From assembly GCA_051453625.1 (NCBI GenBank), contig JBOZIK010000001.1, forward strand, positions 15,173,023-15,206,062: a DNA stretch of 33,040 bases. The letters are read 5' to 3'. Positions 1-12,500 of this stretch are shown here, in pieces. Origin of the DNA: Welwitschia mirabilis. Its lineage: Eukaryota. Position numbers and translations under genes: made by a program. A model generated the notes under the pieces. That model searched no databases, was not told the origin of the DNA, and saw only the letters and a program-made list of their open reading frames with translations. Position 1 is the stretch's first letter; every line of letters begins with the position of its first letter.

Positions 1-18
1 TCAGGAACTAACAAGGCT

Positions 19-28
19 AAGTAGAGGG
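19..28 (+). promoter_or_regulatory. Polypurine tract of element E (before its 3' LTR)
   Basis: AAGTAGAGGG lies 3 nt before the LTR start TGTTGTG. Bases 1-31 resemble the PPT region at 32996-33026 and the reverse complement of 7519-7553. Confidence 0.8.
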
Positions 29-31
29 TTA

Positions 32-1468
32 TGTTGTGATGTCAATTTGTAGGAATTTGATGGTATATTTGGAGTACTTTTGTAGGACATTTATATAGGT
101 TTAGATATAATTCTACTACTTAAGGAGAGAGAAAAAGATAATCATGAAAACATATAATTTTTGATATAATTAGAGGCATTTCAAGCATGTTTTAATACTT
201 AGCATATTGAAGGAGGAACGAGGATTAAAAAGGTTAATTTATTCTACCTGAAAAGCTTCGGAGAGGTATCATCCCCAACAGAGGGAACGACAGAAGTGCT
301 ATCCAACATAGGCAATACATGGACAACACATGGACAATACACACACATGGAGTATTGGTGGTATTGTTCCTCTTGTCACATGGATAAAGGGTACAGGGCT
401 GGCAGCAGCACATGGAGGAGATGGTGACAAGCGTCATTCCCTTTGTTATTCCCACGATGGTCAGGACAACAACATGAGTAACATGTGTGCATAACCCATA
501 GGGCTAATGGTATAATATGAGCACACAACTCAAGGGAAAAAGCGGTGTCATCCCTTTGTCATCCCTACAATAATCATGATGATAACTAATTTTACATGTT
601 CATAATAAATGTGATTGTAAATGGGATTATGTGACCCATGTGGGATACTAGGATTTTCTTCACCAATGTCTAGAGTTACAATTTATTGTAAAATTATAAA
701 TAACCTTATTCCCTTCACTTCCAAACCATCTTTTATAGTTGATATGCTTGTGATAGAAGCTTAAAGGAAAGAGGTACATCCAGTGACTACCGAAAAGGAT
801 TTCGTTGGTGTTAGGCTATGTCTTTTCCATTGAGGTGCTATTATTCTATTATAAGTAGATGTAAAGTTCTTTTGAATCAATACAAATACTCTTTTCATTC
901 CAATTCTGTGAATGCCCCTTATGGTTTAAGTTGATTATAATTAAGTGATAGATCTATGATTTATTTAAATCATGAGGGAGACCTTTATTAAGATTGACCT
1001 TGGTTAGTAGTAGGTTTACATCATATTTTTATTTCATTTCATACTACATATTGCATATTCTACTTGGTAGATCTCATAGTTTATGTTAATTAAGAATTAA
1101 TAGATACTCTTCTTAATTGATATGAATTATAGGAAGGATAGTCTTTATGACAGAAATGCTAGAAGCTAGTCCTTGTAACAGAAGGATTAGGACAAGTGAC
1201 TCCATTTCATTTCCATTTCCATTCACTTACATTTCATCTTCATTTATCTTGCATTGCATTTATGTTATTATTTACTTTCAATCAATAAAATATAAAAGAC
1301 TCAAAATACCTTTAAAAATCAATTATCTAACTCTGAGCCTAGTACCTTCATTGGGATTACGACATTTGGGTGAACTCGTGTCTATATTACCGCATGTTTT
1401 TCTATAAGTTATATGATTTATAGGTTTACTTAAAGAGCTTTAGGATTGCATAAATTCATACCACAACA
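32..1468 (+). repeat. 3' LTR of Athila-like gypsy element E (internal region lies left of the window)
   Basis: Starts TGTTGTG and ends CACAACA (7-bp terminal inverted repeat). Homologous to the LTRs at 6329-7518, 15889-17147, 24534-25786 and 26237-27820. Preceded by a PPT and not followed by a PBS. Confidence 0.92.
695..702 (+). promoter_or_regulatory. Putative LTR TATA box
   Basis: TATAAATA at the equivalent position in the LTR copies at 27066-27073 (+) and 16630-16637 (-). Confidence 0.55.
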
Positions 1469-2083
1469 AAGTTCTAGAAATAAATTAAGAAAGAAGGTAA
1501 ATAAAGGGGTCCTATCTATCTTGCAAAGGACATAGTAGCATTTCCTATACTCTAAGGTGTTACCTGCAAACAAAAATATAAGTCTTAGTGAATCTTTATA
1601 TAATAATTAGTAGTTTAATATAAGGCTAAAATTCATAGTTTGAGTATTATTTTGTGCATGTTTTATTACTTGAAAAAGTTATATTATTTATACTTCCTAC
1701 TATTTGTATAGCTGAACATAAACTAGGATAATTAACAGTACTTAGAAATAAGTATTGACTAGTGTTTTATCTAATTTCTATTATGTTTCCCTACTTTATT
1801 CATTTTCACTTATTATAATATATGTACATAGTAACTTAGAAGTAATAAAAAAACTTTATTAGTTCAAGTACTTCATCATGAGACTATTATAATGATTCAT
1901 TTTGAACAAAATGAGTGAATCTTAACTAGTTGTTTAGTAATCCTTTAAATATTTTTATTTAATGGTATAAGATTATTTTAGATTAACAATAGCATATTTA
2001 CTGCATTTTATAAGAATTATTTTATATTATTTTATATTATTTTATGATAATTTCTGTAATTATCTCATACATAAACACCCATT

Positions 2084-2866
2084 AGTAAGACATCGCTTTA
2101 AAAACTTCTTTGTATTTTTGGTTAAGGACCCCATCCATAGTAAATTTTTTAGCATCGCATATAAGTTCAAAGTCCTTAATCCAATCATAACCCATTATAA
2201 TAGGTTTAGAAAATATTTTATCTTTAAATGTTTCAAAAGCAAGTTGGTATGAGTCATTCTNNNNNNNNNNNNNNNNNNNNNNNNNNNNNNNNNNNNNNNN
2301 NNNNNNNNNNNNNNNNNNNNNNNNNNNNNNNNNNNNNNNNNNNNNNNNNNNNNNNNNNNNTTATAATAGGTTTAGAAAATATTTTATCTTTAAATGTTTT
2401 AAAAGCAAGTTGGTATGAGTCATTCTATTAAAATGTATATTCTTTTTCAACTAATGAGTAAAAGGATTTATAAATCTTGGCATTGTATTAGATGGAAAAG
2501 TGATAGAAATTGGTATAACCAAGGAAAGATCTAACTTATTTAATATTAGTTAGAGGATTAAGGTTTTAAATGATACCTACTTTTATGGAATTCATTCTAA
2601 TTTTATTACTAGAAATGTAGTAATCTAAACTAGTCCCATTATTGATAAGAAACAAATGTTTCTTTCAACTTAAATGTAGACAACTTTCTATACATTTACT
2701 TAAGACTTTATCTAAGCTTTCCATGTTTTTTAAAAGGTTTTATTAAATATTGACAAGTTATCCATAAATATCTTAATGGAATACTCTATCATATTGGAAA
2801 ATATACTCATCATTTCACATTAAAAAGTTTTAAGGCATTACAAAGTTCAAAAGAAATTATTCTAAA
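2084..2866 (-). pseudogene. pol: Orphan gypsy pol fragment (RT C-terminal part and start of RNase H)
   Basis: Minus-strand translation gives AFETFKDKIFSKPIIMGYDWIKDFELICDAKKFTMDGVL (like FELMCDASDYAVGAVL) and RYLWI/FMDN-type YxDD region near 2750-2775. Colinear with 5630-6225. Confidence 0.85.
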
Positions 2867-4044
2867 NNNNNNNNNNNNNNNNNNNNNNNNNNNNNNNNNN
2901 NNNNNNNNNNNNNNNNNNNNNNNNNNNNNNNNNNNNNNNNNNNNNNNNNNNNNNNNNNNNNNNNNNTAAAACTACTAAATGTTCAAGTCCTAAATATGAT
3001 GATGAAAACGTACAGAAATAAATTTAAAATACTAAGTAAAATTACTAAGGAAAAAAATAACAAACAAACAACTAGAACAATGAAGAAAGATTATGTACCT
3101 ATCCTCAATTCTAACCTAGTAAAATCCCTTGGTAGAAGTTATAAAATCACTTGGTTAATGATGCATGACATAATGAAAAAACCTTCATAAAGTACCACTT
3201 GATTAGGAAGTAATTATAACAATGTCAAGTAGTTCTAATGTTTTGACTCAATGAATGATAAGATCCAAACATGCTCAAAAATGGACTCACTTGCTTCCAC
3301 CTTAAAATGCACTAGAATCCTAAAAAGTGAAATGATCATGTGGGAGTAATATATGCATAATAAGTTTAGGAAATGGGTAATACCTCTGATAGCACCAGGG
3401 ATATCATTAATGCCATAGCCTCTAAGTGATAATTATTTTCATGACAAGCGAAGTGTAACCACTGTCAGAGGAGTAAGGATCCACAAAGCATGGCCAACTC
3501 ACCTCATTAGAATTTCCACAACTACCAACACTATCAAAGGTCCCTCTTGAGAAAATTTATCCTAGTGCAATAGGACATCATGATAATTATGTTTTTAACT
3601 TAGATACAAAAGATCATGATCATTATTTATTTTTTATATTCTTCTCTAAATGAAATATATCCCACATAACCAAGTACTCTTAAGAACAAAAGTGAAGTAA
3701 TGAGATGAGAAATAAGGGAGGACATATTTAAACAACTCAATATTCAAACCATTGAGAGAGAACACAAGAACTGAGGTGTCTTCTTTCAAAATAAGGTTCA
3801 TAGATATACAAATGTCTTAATATTGGCTACATCCAATTTTGTCACTTTGAAATGTCCAAGTAAAAGATTATTAGTCATGGTAACTTCATAAAGTAATACA
3901 TAAGTCAAGTAAAATATGTTCAAGTGATAGCATAATATCCATCAAAGGAATCAGCTGAGGAAGAATTCATATAATGATAAAAGGGAATTCCTCCTTATTA
4001 GGAGGGCTTCCTAAACAATTTCTCCTATCATGTTCAAGGTTTAC

Positions 4045-6328
4045 TTAGTAGGTGATTCATAGATTTTTAACCTTTGATCACTAACTTTCTAAATTTTCTC
4101 AGTGTTTAAATCAAATATTTTAATTGAGTAATTAGAATGTACCTTTTTTAAAAAATAAGGACCTAACCATTTAGAGGCTAACTTTTTGTACAAAAAATGC
4201 ACTTGGGTATTATATAAAAATAATTAATTGATCTAGCTCAAATTTCTTATGAGTTAATTTTATATCATGTTTGAACTTGACTTGGGCTTTATGAATAAGT
4301 TGATAATATGCAGCATGAGTACATTTTTCATCTAATTGATCAAGTTAGGCTAATCAAGTTCTAAGATATTCATCTAAGTTCATAAGATTAAGTCAATAAG
4401 TAGAACGATAAGAGTTGTAACAAACATCAACTAGCAAAACACAAACTTTTNNNNNNNNNNAAGGACATCATTGAGTTTAGAAGCCCAAGTTTTCCTATTG
4501 ATAGAGACAAGTTTTTGAAGCATCTTATGAATTTCCCTATTTGCATTTTTAGCTTGACAATTAGATTGGGGGTGATAAGCATAGGCAATTCGATGTTTAA
4601 TTCTAATGGATAAGAGAAGTTTTTAAAAAATATAATTAATGAAATAAGTTTTTTCATCACTCATTATGATTCTAGGAAAATGAAAACACTAAAATATATA
4701 AGTTTGGACAAAATTACAAATAGTTTAGGCATCATTTATGGTAGTAGAATAGCTTTAACCCACTGGTAACATAATTAATAACCACTAAGATATATTTTTT
4801 ATCATGAAAAGGTGGTTTGATAGGGCCAATAAAGTTAATTTCCTAGTAATCACAAGGTTTACATTTAAGGCTAGGTTTAAGAAGCATATCATAAAAGTAA
4901 GTTAAGCTACCATAACGTTGAAAAGCATCACACATTCTAAAAAAGTCAAAAGAATCTTTAAAAAAGGTAGGTTAATAAAAACCAAAATGTAGGATTTTCA
5001 TTATAGCCTTCTGTCCACTAAAGTATCCCCCACATACTCCACTATGATAAAGGTTAAGAATGTCAATATTTTCCCATTCTGATATACATTTATGCATGAT
5101 TTGATCTTTGCACCTATGATAAAGATGAGGCTCATTCCCCTCATAATCACTAATCCTATGGAGAAAAGATTTTTGTTGATTATAATTCCAATGCTAAGAT
5201 GTCTTCATGGTAATAAGGTAATTTACAATATCATCATACCAAGGAGCAAGATGAGTAGAAGAGATGGCATAGACTTGTTTAATAGTAAAGAGTTATTCAT
5301 TAGGAAGGCAACCATTGATTGAAAGTTTATCAAGAGAATAAGAAAGTCGAGACAAGTGATCTACCACATTGTTATGTTTTCCAACCTTATCAATGATGGT
5401 AAGAGTTAATTTTTTCATGATAAGGATTCATCTAATAAGTTATGTACTAAAATATTTTTTAGTTATAAGGTAACATATAGTCACATGATCTATGTAAACA
5501 TTGGTATGGAAGCCAAGACGATAATGTCTAAGGTTATCAAGGAAAAAGATAATGGAAAGCATTTTTTTTTTTTTTTAGTGGTAGTATAATTGGACTAGGC
5601 CTTAGACAAATTTTACTATGTTAAGTTATGATTTTAAAACATTTTTTGTATTTTTATCCGAGAACCCCATCCACAGCAATGTTATGGACATCACACATAA
5701 GTAGTCCAATCAGGTCATGTTATAATAGGTTTAGAAGAGATTTTATCTTTAACTATTTCAAAAGCAAGTTGGCATGAGTCATTCTAATCAATCTTAGCTT
5801 CTTTTTCAAGTAACAAGTAAAGGGATTTATAAATCTTGGCATAGTCTTAGATAAAATAGCAATACAAATCAACATGATCAAAAAAAAATCTAACTTATTT
5901 AATATTAGTTGGAGGGCTAATGTTTTGAATGATATTAACTTTATGGTATCCATCCTAATTCCCTAACTAGAAATGTGGTGATCTAAAATAATTCCATTAT
6001 TAACAAAGAAAAAAACTTTTCTTCCAACTTAAGTGAAGGCCACTTTCTATACATCTATCTAAGACTTTCTCTAATCTTTCTATTATTTATTCATAAGTTT
6101 CATCAAAGATTGAGAAGTCATCCATAAATATCTTAATGGATTCATTTATCATATCAAAAATATACTCATCATTTCACATTAAAAAGTTTTAAGGCATTAC
6201 AAAGTTCAAAAGAAATTATTCTAAAGCTAAAGATTCTAAAGGGGAAAGTAAAGGTTGTATTTGCTTTGTCCTCACTAGCTATGCAAACTTGATTGTAATT
6301 ACTATACCCATCAAAAACATTTTAGTAG
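4045..6328 (-). pseudogene. pol: pol of element B, distal part: RT, RNase H, integrase (many stops and frameshifts)
   Basis: RT VFDGYSNYNQVCIASEDKANTTFTFPF and FELCNAL, FMDDFSIF. RH CDVHNIAVDGVLG. INT zinc finger HSGVCGGYFSGQKAIMKILHFGFY*PTFFKDSFDFFRMCDAFQR. C-terminal KWLGPYF. Confidence 0.9.
6324..6328. repeat. Left target-site duplication (AGTAG) of element A
   Basis: Identical AGTAG at 17148-17152 on the other side of the element. Confidence 0.85.
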
Positions 6329-7518
6329 TGCTATGATGTGAATTTATGCAATCTTTAAGTTATTCAGGTAAAATCTATAAATCACAATATGGGCAAAACA
6401 TACACTCTAGTATAGATGAGAGTCAACCTGAATGTCATAATCCTGATGAAGGCACTAGTCTTAGAGTTAAGGAATTGATTTTCAAAAGTATTTTTGATCT
6501 TTTATCTCTATATAAATAAAAGTAAATAACAATGTAATGGAGATGAAATGAAATGAATGAAAAATAGAAATAAAATGAATTCTAATTGAATCCTAATTCT
6601 TCTGTCGTAAGAACTAGCTTTCTATAATTCAAATCAATTAAAAAGAGTTCATTACTTATTTCTAACCAATGTGAGCTATGAGATATACCAAATATAATAT
6701 GAAATGCAAATGTGAAATTAAAATGAAATAATAATGGAAACATGAACTAACTAAATTCAGCCTTGACAAAGGTTTCCCTTATGATCTAAATAAATTACAA
6801 TATTATTACTAGACTATAACCAACATAAACCATTAGAAACATAAATAGAATTATAGTAAAAATAGAATTTGAATTATTCATAGAGGCTTTACATCCATTT
6901 ATAATAAAGTAGTAGCTCCTTAATGGAGGATTCTCAATCCAACATCAAAGGTAACTTCTCTCTGTATAAAATATGAAAACATAAGTGAAGGAAAGGGAGG
7001 GTACTTATAGTTTTGCAAAGAAGTTCTAGAAGCTTAACTATAGAAGTTAGAGAAGGATCCTTAGCAATCCAAATGAGTTACATCACCACATTACAAAGAT
7101 AATTTATTTTCATCATAGAAAATAGATGTCATCTTGGCTATTGTATGGATGATGGAGGAGACATTAGTCTATATTAAAAGGTACTTCATCAACTTCATGC
7201 TCCACTGTTAACCCTATAGCTTTTGTTCACATTAGCAGTGCCATCATTCTGCCTATCATGGAGATGACAAAGGGGATGATAGACTTCCTCACCTTCAATA
7301 TTAAAGATAAATCAATCCTCTATATAGTACATCCTTCTTCCAAAGTATAAAGTGTCAAAATAAGCCTAAAAAGCCTTTAAATATGCTAAGAATTACATGT
7401 TTCAGTGATCATCTTATCTGTTTTCCATAATCATTTGTATTACTTCTAAACTTATATAAAAGTCTTGCAAAAGTTTTGAAAATACAAAATTAGATTTTTA
7501 TAAATTGGCATTGCAACA
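6329..7518 (-). repeat. 3' LTR of element A
   Basis: Reads TGTTGCAATGCCAA...CATAGCA on the minus strand. Homologous to 15889-17147 with a deletion of about 60 bp near 6965. Confidence 0.92.
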
Positions 7519-7520
7519 TA

Positions 7521-7531
7521 CCCCCCCACTT
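7521..7531 (-). promoter_or_regulatory. Polypurine tract of element A
   Basis: Minus-strand AAGTGGGGGGG, 2 nt before the 3' LTR. Confidence 0.88.
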
Positions 7532-9544
7532 AGTGTTATCAGTCCTAACAAAGTAAGAGATCAACTATATTGTAAGCTAATTTGCATAAGATAATAAGAA
7601 ATTAGAAAAGTACAAATTCAAATTAATTTAATCATGTAGGAATAGATATCAAAAACCAATTAATTTATAAGCATTCTAACACATTTATAAGCCTCCTACT
7701 TAAAACACCACCTTAAAATTAATGAATCTCATGCATGTATTAAAACCATAAAATGTAATGATGATAGCTTAGAACATGATAATGTATATGCACAGTCTAA
7801 GACATAGATGTTGAACTAATGCGATAAAACATAGCTATAAGACGGCTTTATGAGTGTGCTACTTATGTTCCTCAAAGAAAAACAACAAAAAAATTATTTA
7901 AGCATAAAGAAATATCATCTAAAAAATTCATCATACATATGTATCATGAAAGCTCAGAACATAATCCTTAAAATTGTAAAAATTTATGCTTAATATCATA
8001 GATAAATGCTTAAAAAGGTGTCCTACCTCCTCATAGGTAAAGTAAGAAATCTAGATTATACCAAAGAAAAAGGAGGTTTGTTATTCTAGATGTCGTAGGG
8101 ACAATAGACATGGAATAATAATGACTAAAAGGTTATTTGAAAAGAGAGGAAAACCTAAAAAAAGTTTAAAAATAAACAATCACATAAAAAGCAATAGAAA
8201 AAGTAGAAAGAAGATAGAAAGTCAAAAATATATTTTTAAAAACCATGACTATAGTGAAAAGATATCTGTGAAAAAGAAGAAAATGCTCTAAGTAGAAAGA
8301 AGAAATGCTAAAAAAATCCTTAAATATGCTTGAACTCATGGAAAAAGAAGAATTGAAACTCATCAAATCATGGTAACCTATCAAAAAGAAAACAATAATC
8401 CTCTAGAAAAATGATGGAAAAACATCAACAAGAAACTACAAAATGATTTAATCCTTAATATCATGCTGAAAAAATATGGGAAATTACTTTGGAAAATCCA
8501 GCAAAACATCCAAAGAAAAACAAAATAAAAATGAACAACTAGGAACATAAATAAGATTACTTACTTACCCTAAATTCTAGCCTAACAAATTCCAATGGTC
8601 ATAATCATAAAGTCACTTGATGAAAGATGCATGATAGTATGTAAAAAATCATAAAGTACCACTCAAATAGGTATGATTATGATGATGTTAAGTATGTTTA
8701 ATGTTATTAAATAATGAATAATAAGATAAAGACCTGTTAAAATAGGAACTTCAAGCTATCATCTCAAAAACAATACTAAAATACAAAAAAGTAAAGTGAT
8801 CATGTAGAAGTAATATAAATAAGTAAATCAAAGGAGTCTAGAAAATAAGTAATGCCTCTAATGATATTAAGAACATCACTATTCTCATAGCCTTTAAATA
8901 TAATTTTATTCTACCATGATAAGGGGAGTGCAACCACTGTCAAAGAAGTAAGAACCCATACAACATAGCCAAATAACCCCCCAATGAAGTTCCTAAAGCT
9001 ATTATATCACACTACCAAAGGCCCCTCTTAGGAATATTTGCCCTGATGCACTTGTGGTAGGACATCATGGGGACCATGTTTTGAGTTATAACATGAAAGA
9101 GAATAGTATTTTTTTTCTTGCTTTATTTCTTCTCTTTGTTTATTTGTTTTTTTTCCTTTAGTAAATTTCACAGGATAAAGTACTCACAAGGATAAAATTG
9201 AAGCAATGAAATAAATAATAAGAAATAACATGCTGAAATAACTAATCACTCTCATCATTAAAAGAGAATAAAAGAGACAAGGCATCTTTCTTTATAATGA
9301 AACTAATAGAGATACAAATGTCTGAAGATTAGACGAAACCAATCTTATCATTTAAAATGCTAAAGTAAAATATTACTACTCACAGAAACTTTATAAAGTA
9401 AATACATAAGTAAAGTTTAAGACATTCAAGTAATAACATGATGTTAATCAAAGGAATGAGTTAAGAAGGAATTTAGAAAAGGGCTAGAGAAATATTATCT
9501 TATTCAGAGGGGCTTTTAAAATAAGTGCTTCTATCATGTTCAAG

Positions 9545-12500
9545 GTTTCATTAATAGATGACTCATCTTTTTAAATTCTCAAGTATTTAATTTTGATGTT
9601 TTAACTAAGCCATTTAAATGTACGTTTTCTATAAAATAAGGACCTAACCATTTAAAAGTTAAATTGTTATGTACAAGATGTACTTGAGTCTTATATAAAA
9701 GAATAAGTTGACCAAGTTTAAATTTCTTATGAATAATAATTTTTTCATTCTTGAACTTGTCTTTAACTTTATGAATGAGTTGACAATGTAAGGCATGAGT
9801 ACATTTTTTATTGAAATGGTTAAGGTAGGCTAATCGAGTTCTAAGATTTTCATTCAAGTCAATAATGTTAAGTTGATAAGTGAATTAAGAGGATTTATAG
9901 CACACATAAAATAGTAAGACATAAACTTTTCTGTACATAAGTTTATATGGTAAGAAACCTAAGAAGTTATATCAAGTGATACGGTAAGTCCAAATAATAC
10001 CATTAAGTTTAGAGAACCATGTTTTCCTATTGATAGAGACTAAATTTTGGAGCATCTTTGTAATTTCTCTATTTGTGTTTTTGGCTTTACATTAGTTTGA
10101 AGATGACAAGAATATGTAATTCTATGTTCAATACTAATGGATAAAATAATCTTTCCAAAAAGATAGTTAATGAAATGCGTTCCTTAATCATAATTCATGG
10201 AAAACCAAAATATTAAAAGATATAAGTTTGAACAAAGTTGCAAATGGTTTGAACATCATTTTTGGTAGTAGAAATAGCTTCTACCAACTTAGTAATATAA
10301 TCNNNNNNNNNNNNNNNNNNNNNNNNNNNNNNNNNNNNNNNNNNNNNNNNNNNNNNNNNNNNNNNNNNNNNNNNNNNNNNNNNNNNNNNNNNNNNNNNNN
10401 NNTGGTTTGATCATCATTTTTGGTAGTAGAAATAGCGTCTACCAACTTAGTAATATAATCAAGGGATACTAGATTATAATGTTTATCATGAGAGTGTTGT
10501 TTAATTAAGCCTACAAAGTCAATTCCCTAACAATTAAAAGTTTTACATTCAAGTATAAGTTTTAGGGACATATCTTGAGAACGAGTTAGACTACAATAAT
10601 TTTAACATGCATCACACCTTATAATAAAGTCAAATAAATCCTTGAAAAGAATAGGCTAATAAAAACTAGAGTAAAGAATTTTCATGATAGTCTTTTGGTC
10701 ACTAAAGTATTTCCCACATATCCTACCATGACAAAGTTTTAGTATTTCTAAGTTGTCCCACTCAGGAACACACTTATGTATGATTTGGTCTTTACATCTT
10801 CTATAAAGATGAAGTTCATTCCACTCATAGTTATCAATGCTATGGAGAAAAGATTTGTGTTGTTTATGAGTCCAGTACTAAGGTGTTTTTAAAGTAACAA
10901 GATAGTTCACAATATCAGCATACTAAGAAGCAGGATGAGTAGAAAATATGGCATAAAGTCTTTCAATCATAAAAATTTATTTATCTAAAAAAGAGTCATT
11001 TATGGAAAGTTCATCATGAGAAAAAGAAAGTTGAGAGAGATGATGGACAATACTATTATGTTTTCAAGCTTTATTAATGATGGTGAGATTAAATTCCTAC
11101 ATGAGAAGGATCCACCTATAAGTATAGCACTAGAATCTTTCTTGGTCATAAGATAATAGAGGACTGCATAATCGATGTAAACATTTATGTGGAAACTAAG
11201 AAGATAATGTCAAAGATGATTAAGAAAAAAGATGATGGCAAGCATTTCTATCTAAGTAGTGGTGTATTTAGATTAGGTTTGGGATAAAGTTTTACTAAAA
11301 TAGGATATAACTTTAAAATCCTTTTTCATATCTTTAGCCAAGAACCCCATCTATAGTAATGTTGCTTACATCACACATAAGCTTAAAATCGTTATTCCAA
11401 TTAGAAACTATGATAATAGGTTCAAAAGAAATGTTTTTCTTAAGAGTTTCAAATTCNNNNNNNNNNNNNNNNNNNNNNNNNNNNNNNNNNNNNNNNNNNN
11501 NNNNNNNNNNNNNNNNNNNNNNNNNNNNNNNNNNNNNNNNNNNNNNNNNNNNNNNNNNNNNNNNNNNNNNNNNNNNNNNNNNNNNNNNNNNNNNNNNNNN
11601 NNNNNNNNNNNNNNNNNNNNNNNNNNNNNNNNNNNNNNNNNNNNNNNNNNNNNNNNNNNNNNNNNNNNNNNNNNNNNNNNNNNNNNNNNNNNNNNNNNNN
11701 NNNNNNNNNNNNNNNNNNNNNNNNNNNNNNNNNNNNNNNNNNNNNNNNNNNNNNNNNNNNNNNNNNNNNNNNNNNNNNNNNNNNNNNNNNNNNNNNNNNN
11801 NNNNNNNNNNNNNNNNNNNNNNNNNNNNNNNNNNNNNNNNNNNNNNNNNNNNNNNNNNNNNNNNNNNNNNNNNNNNNNNNNNNNNNNNNNNNNNNNNNNN
11901 NNNNNNNNNNNNNNNNNNNNNNNNNNNNNNNNNNNNNNNNNNNNNNNNNNNNNNNNNNNNNNNNNNNNNNNNNNNNNNNNNNNNNNNNNNNNNNNNNNNN
12001 NNNNNNNNNNNNNNNNNNNNNNNNNNNNNNNNNNNNNNNNNNNNNNNNNNNNNNNNNNNNNNNNNNNNNNNNNNNNNNNNNNNNNNNNNNNNNNNNNNNN
12101 NNNNNNNNNNNNNNNNNNNNNNNNNNNNNNNNNNNNNNNNNNNNNNNNNNNNNNNNNNNNNNNNNNNNNNNNNNNNNNNNNNNNNNNNNNNNNNNNNNNN
12201 NNNNNNNNNNNNNNNNNNNNNNNNNNNNNNNNNNNNNNNNNNNNNNNNNNNNNNNNNNNNNNTACAAAACAAAGAGCATTCATCTAAAGGTAAAGGTTTT
12301 AATGAATGAGGTACAAGTTGTCTTAGCTTAATACTCACTTGCTATACAAATTTGCTTATAACCACTATACCCATTAAGAAATCAATAATAGACACGACCT
12401 TGGATTCTATCAACTACTTGATCAAGAAAGGGTGAAGGATAATGATCCATTTTAGTGACATTATTAAGTTTTCCAAAATCAATGAACATTTTCCATTTTC

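Noticed and set aside
234..455. Cys-rich 73-aa ORF and other short ORFs in LTR or antisense positions (1147-1407, 8166-8384, 26632-26838, 32706-32897)
   Set aside because: They are short, not preserved in homologous copies within the window, and carry no recognisable domain, so chance ORFs.
2195..2426. Apparent direct repeats flanking 100-N gaps (also 10245-10460, 24260-24503, 30114-30247)
   Set aside because: These are near-identical overlaps on either side of fixed-size gaps, i.e. unmerged contig ends, not biological tandem repeats.
6443..6490. CTGATGA inside an LTR, suggesting a hammerhead ribozyme (retrozyme)
   Set aside because: There is no properly placed GAAA or stems, and CTGATGA is not conserved in the other LTR copies (CTAATAA, CTGTTGA).
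32..7518. LTRs at 32-1468 (+) and 6329-7518 (-) read as large terminal inverted repeats of a DNA transposon
   Set aside because: Each is the 3' LTR of a separate retroelement with its own PPT, so the inverted arrangement is incidental.
11334..12338. Longest ORFs in the track (276-334 aa), and 21660-22262
   Set aside because: They are made almost entirely of X from N gaps. Only the flanking pol residues are real.
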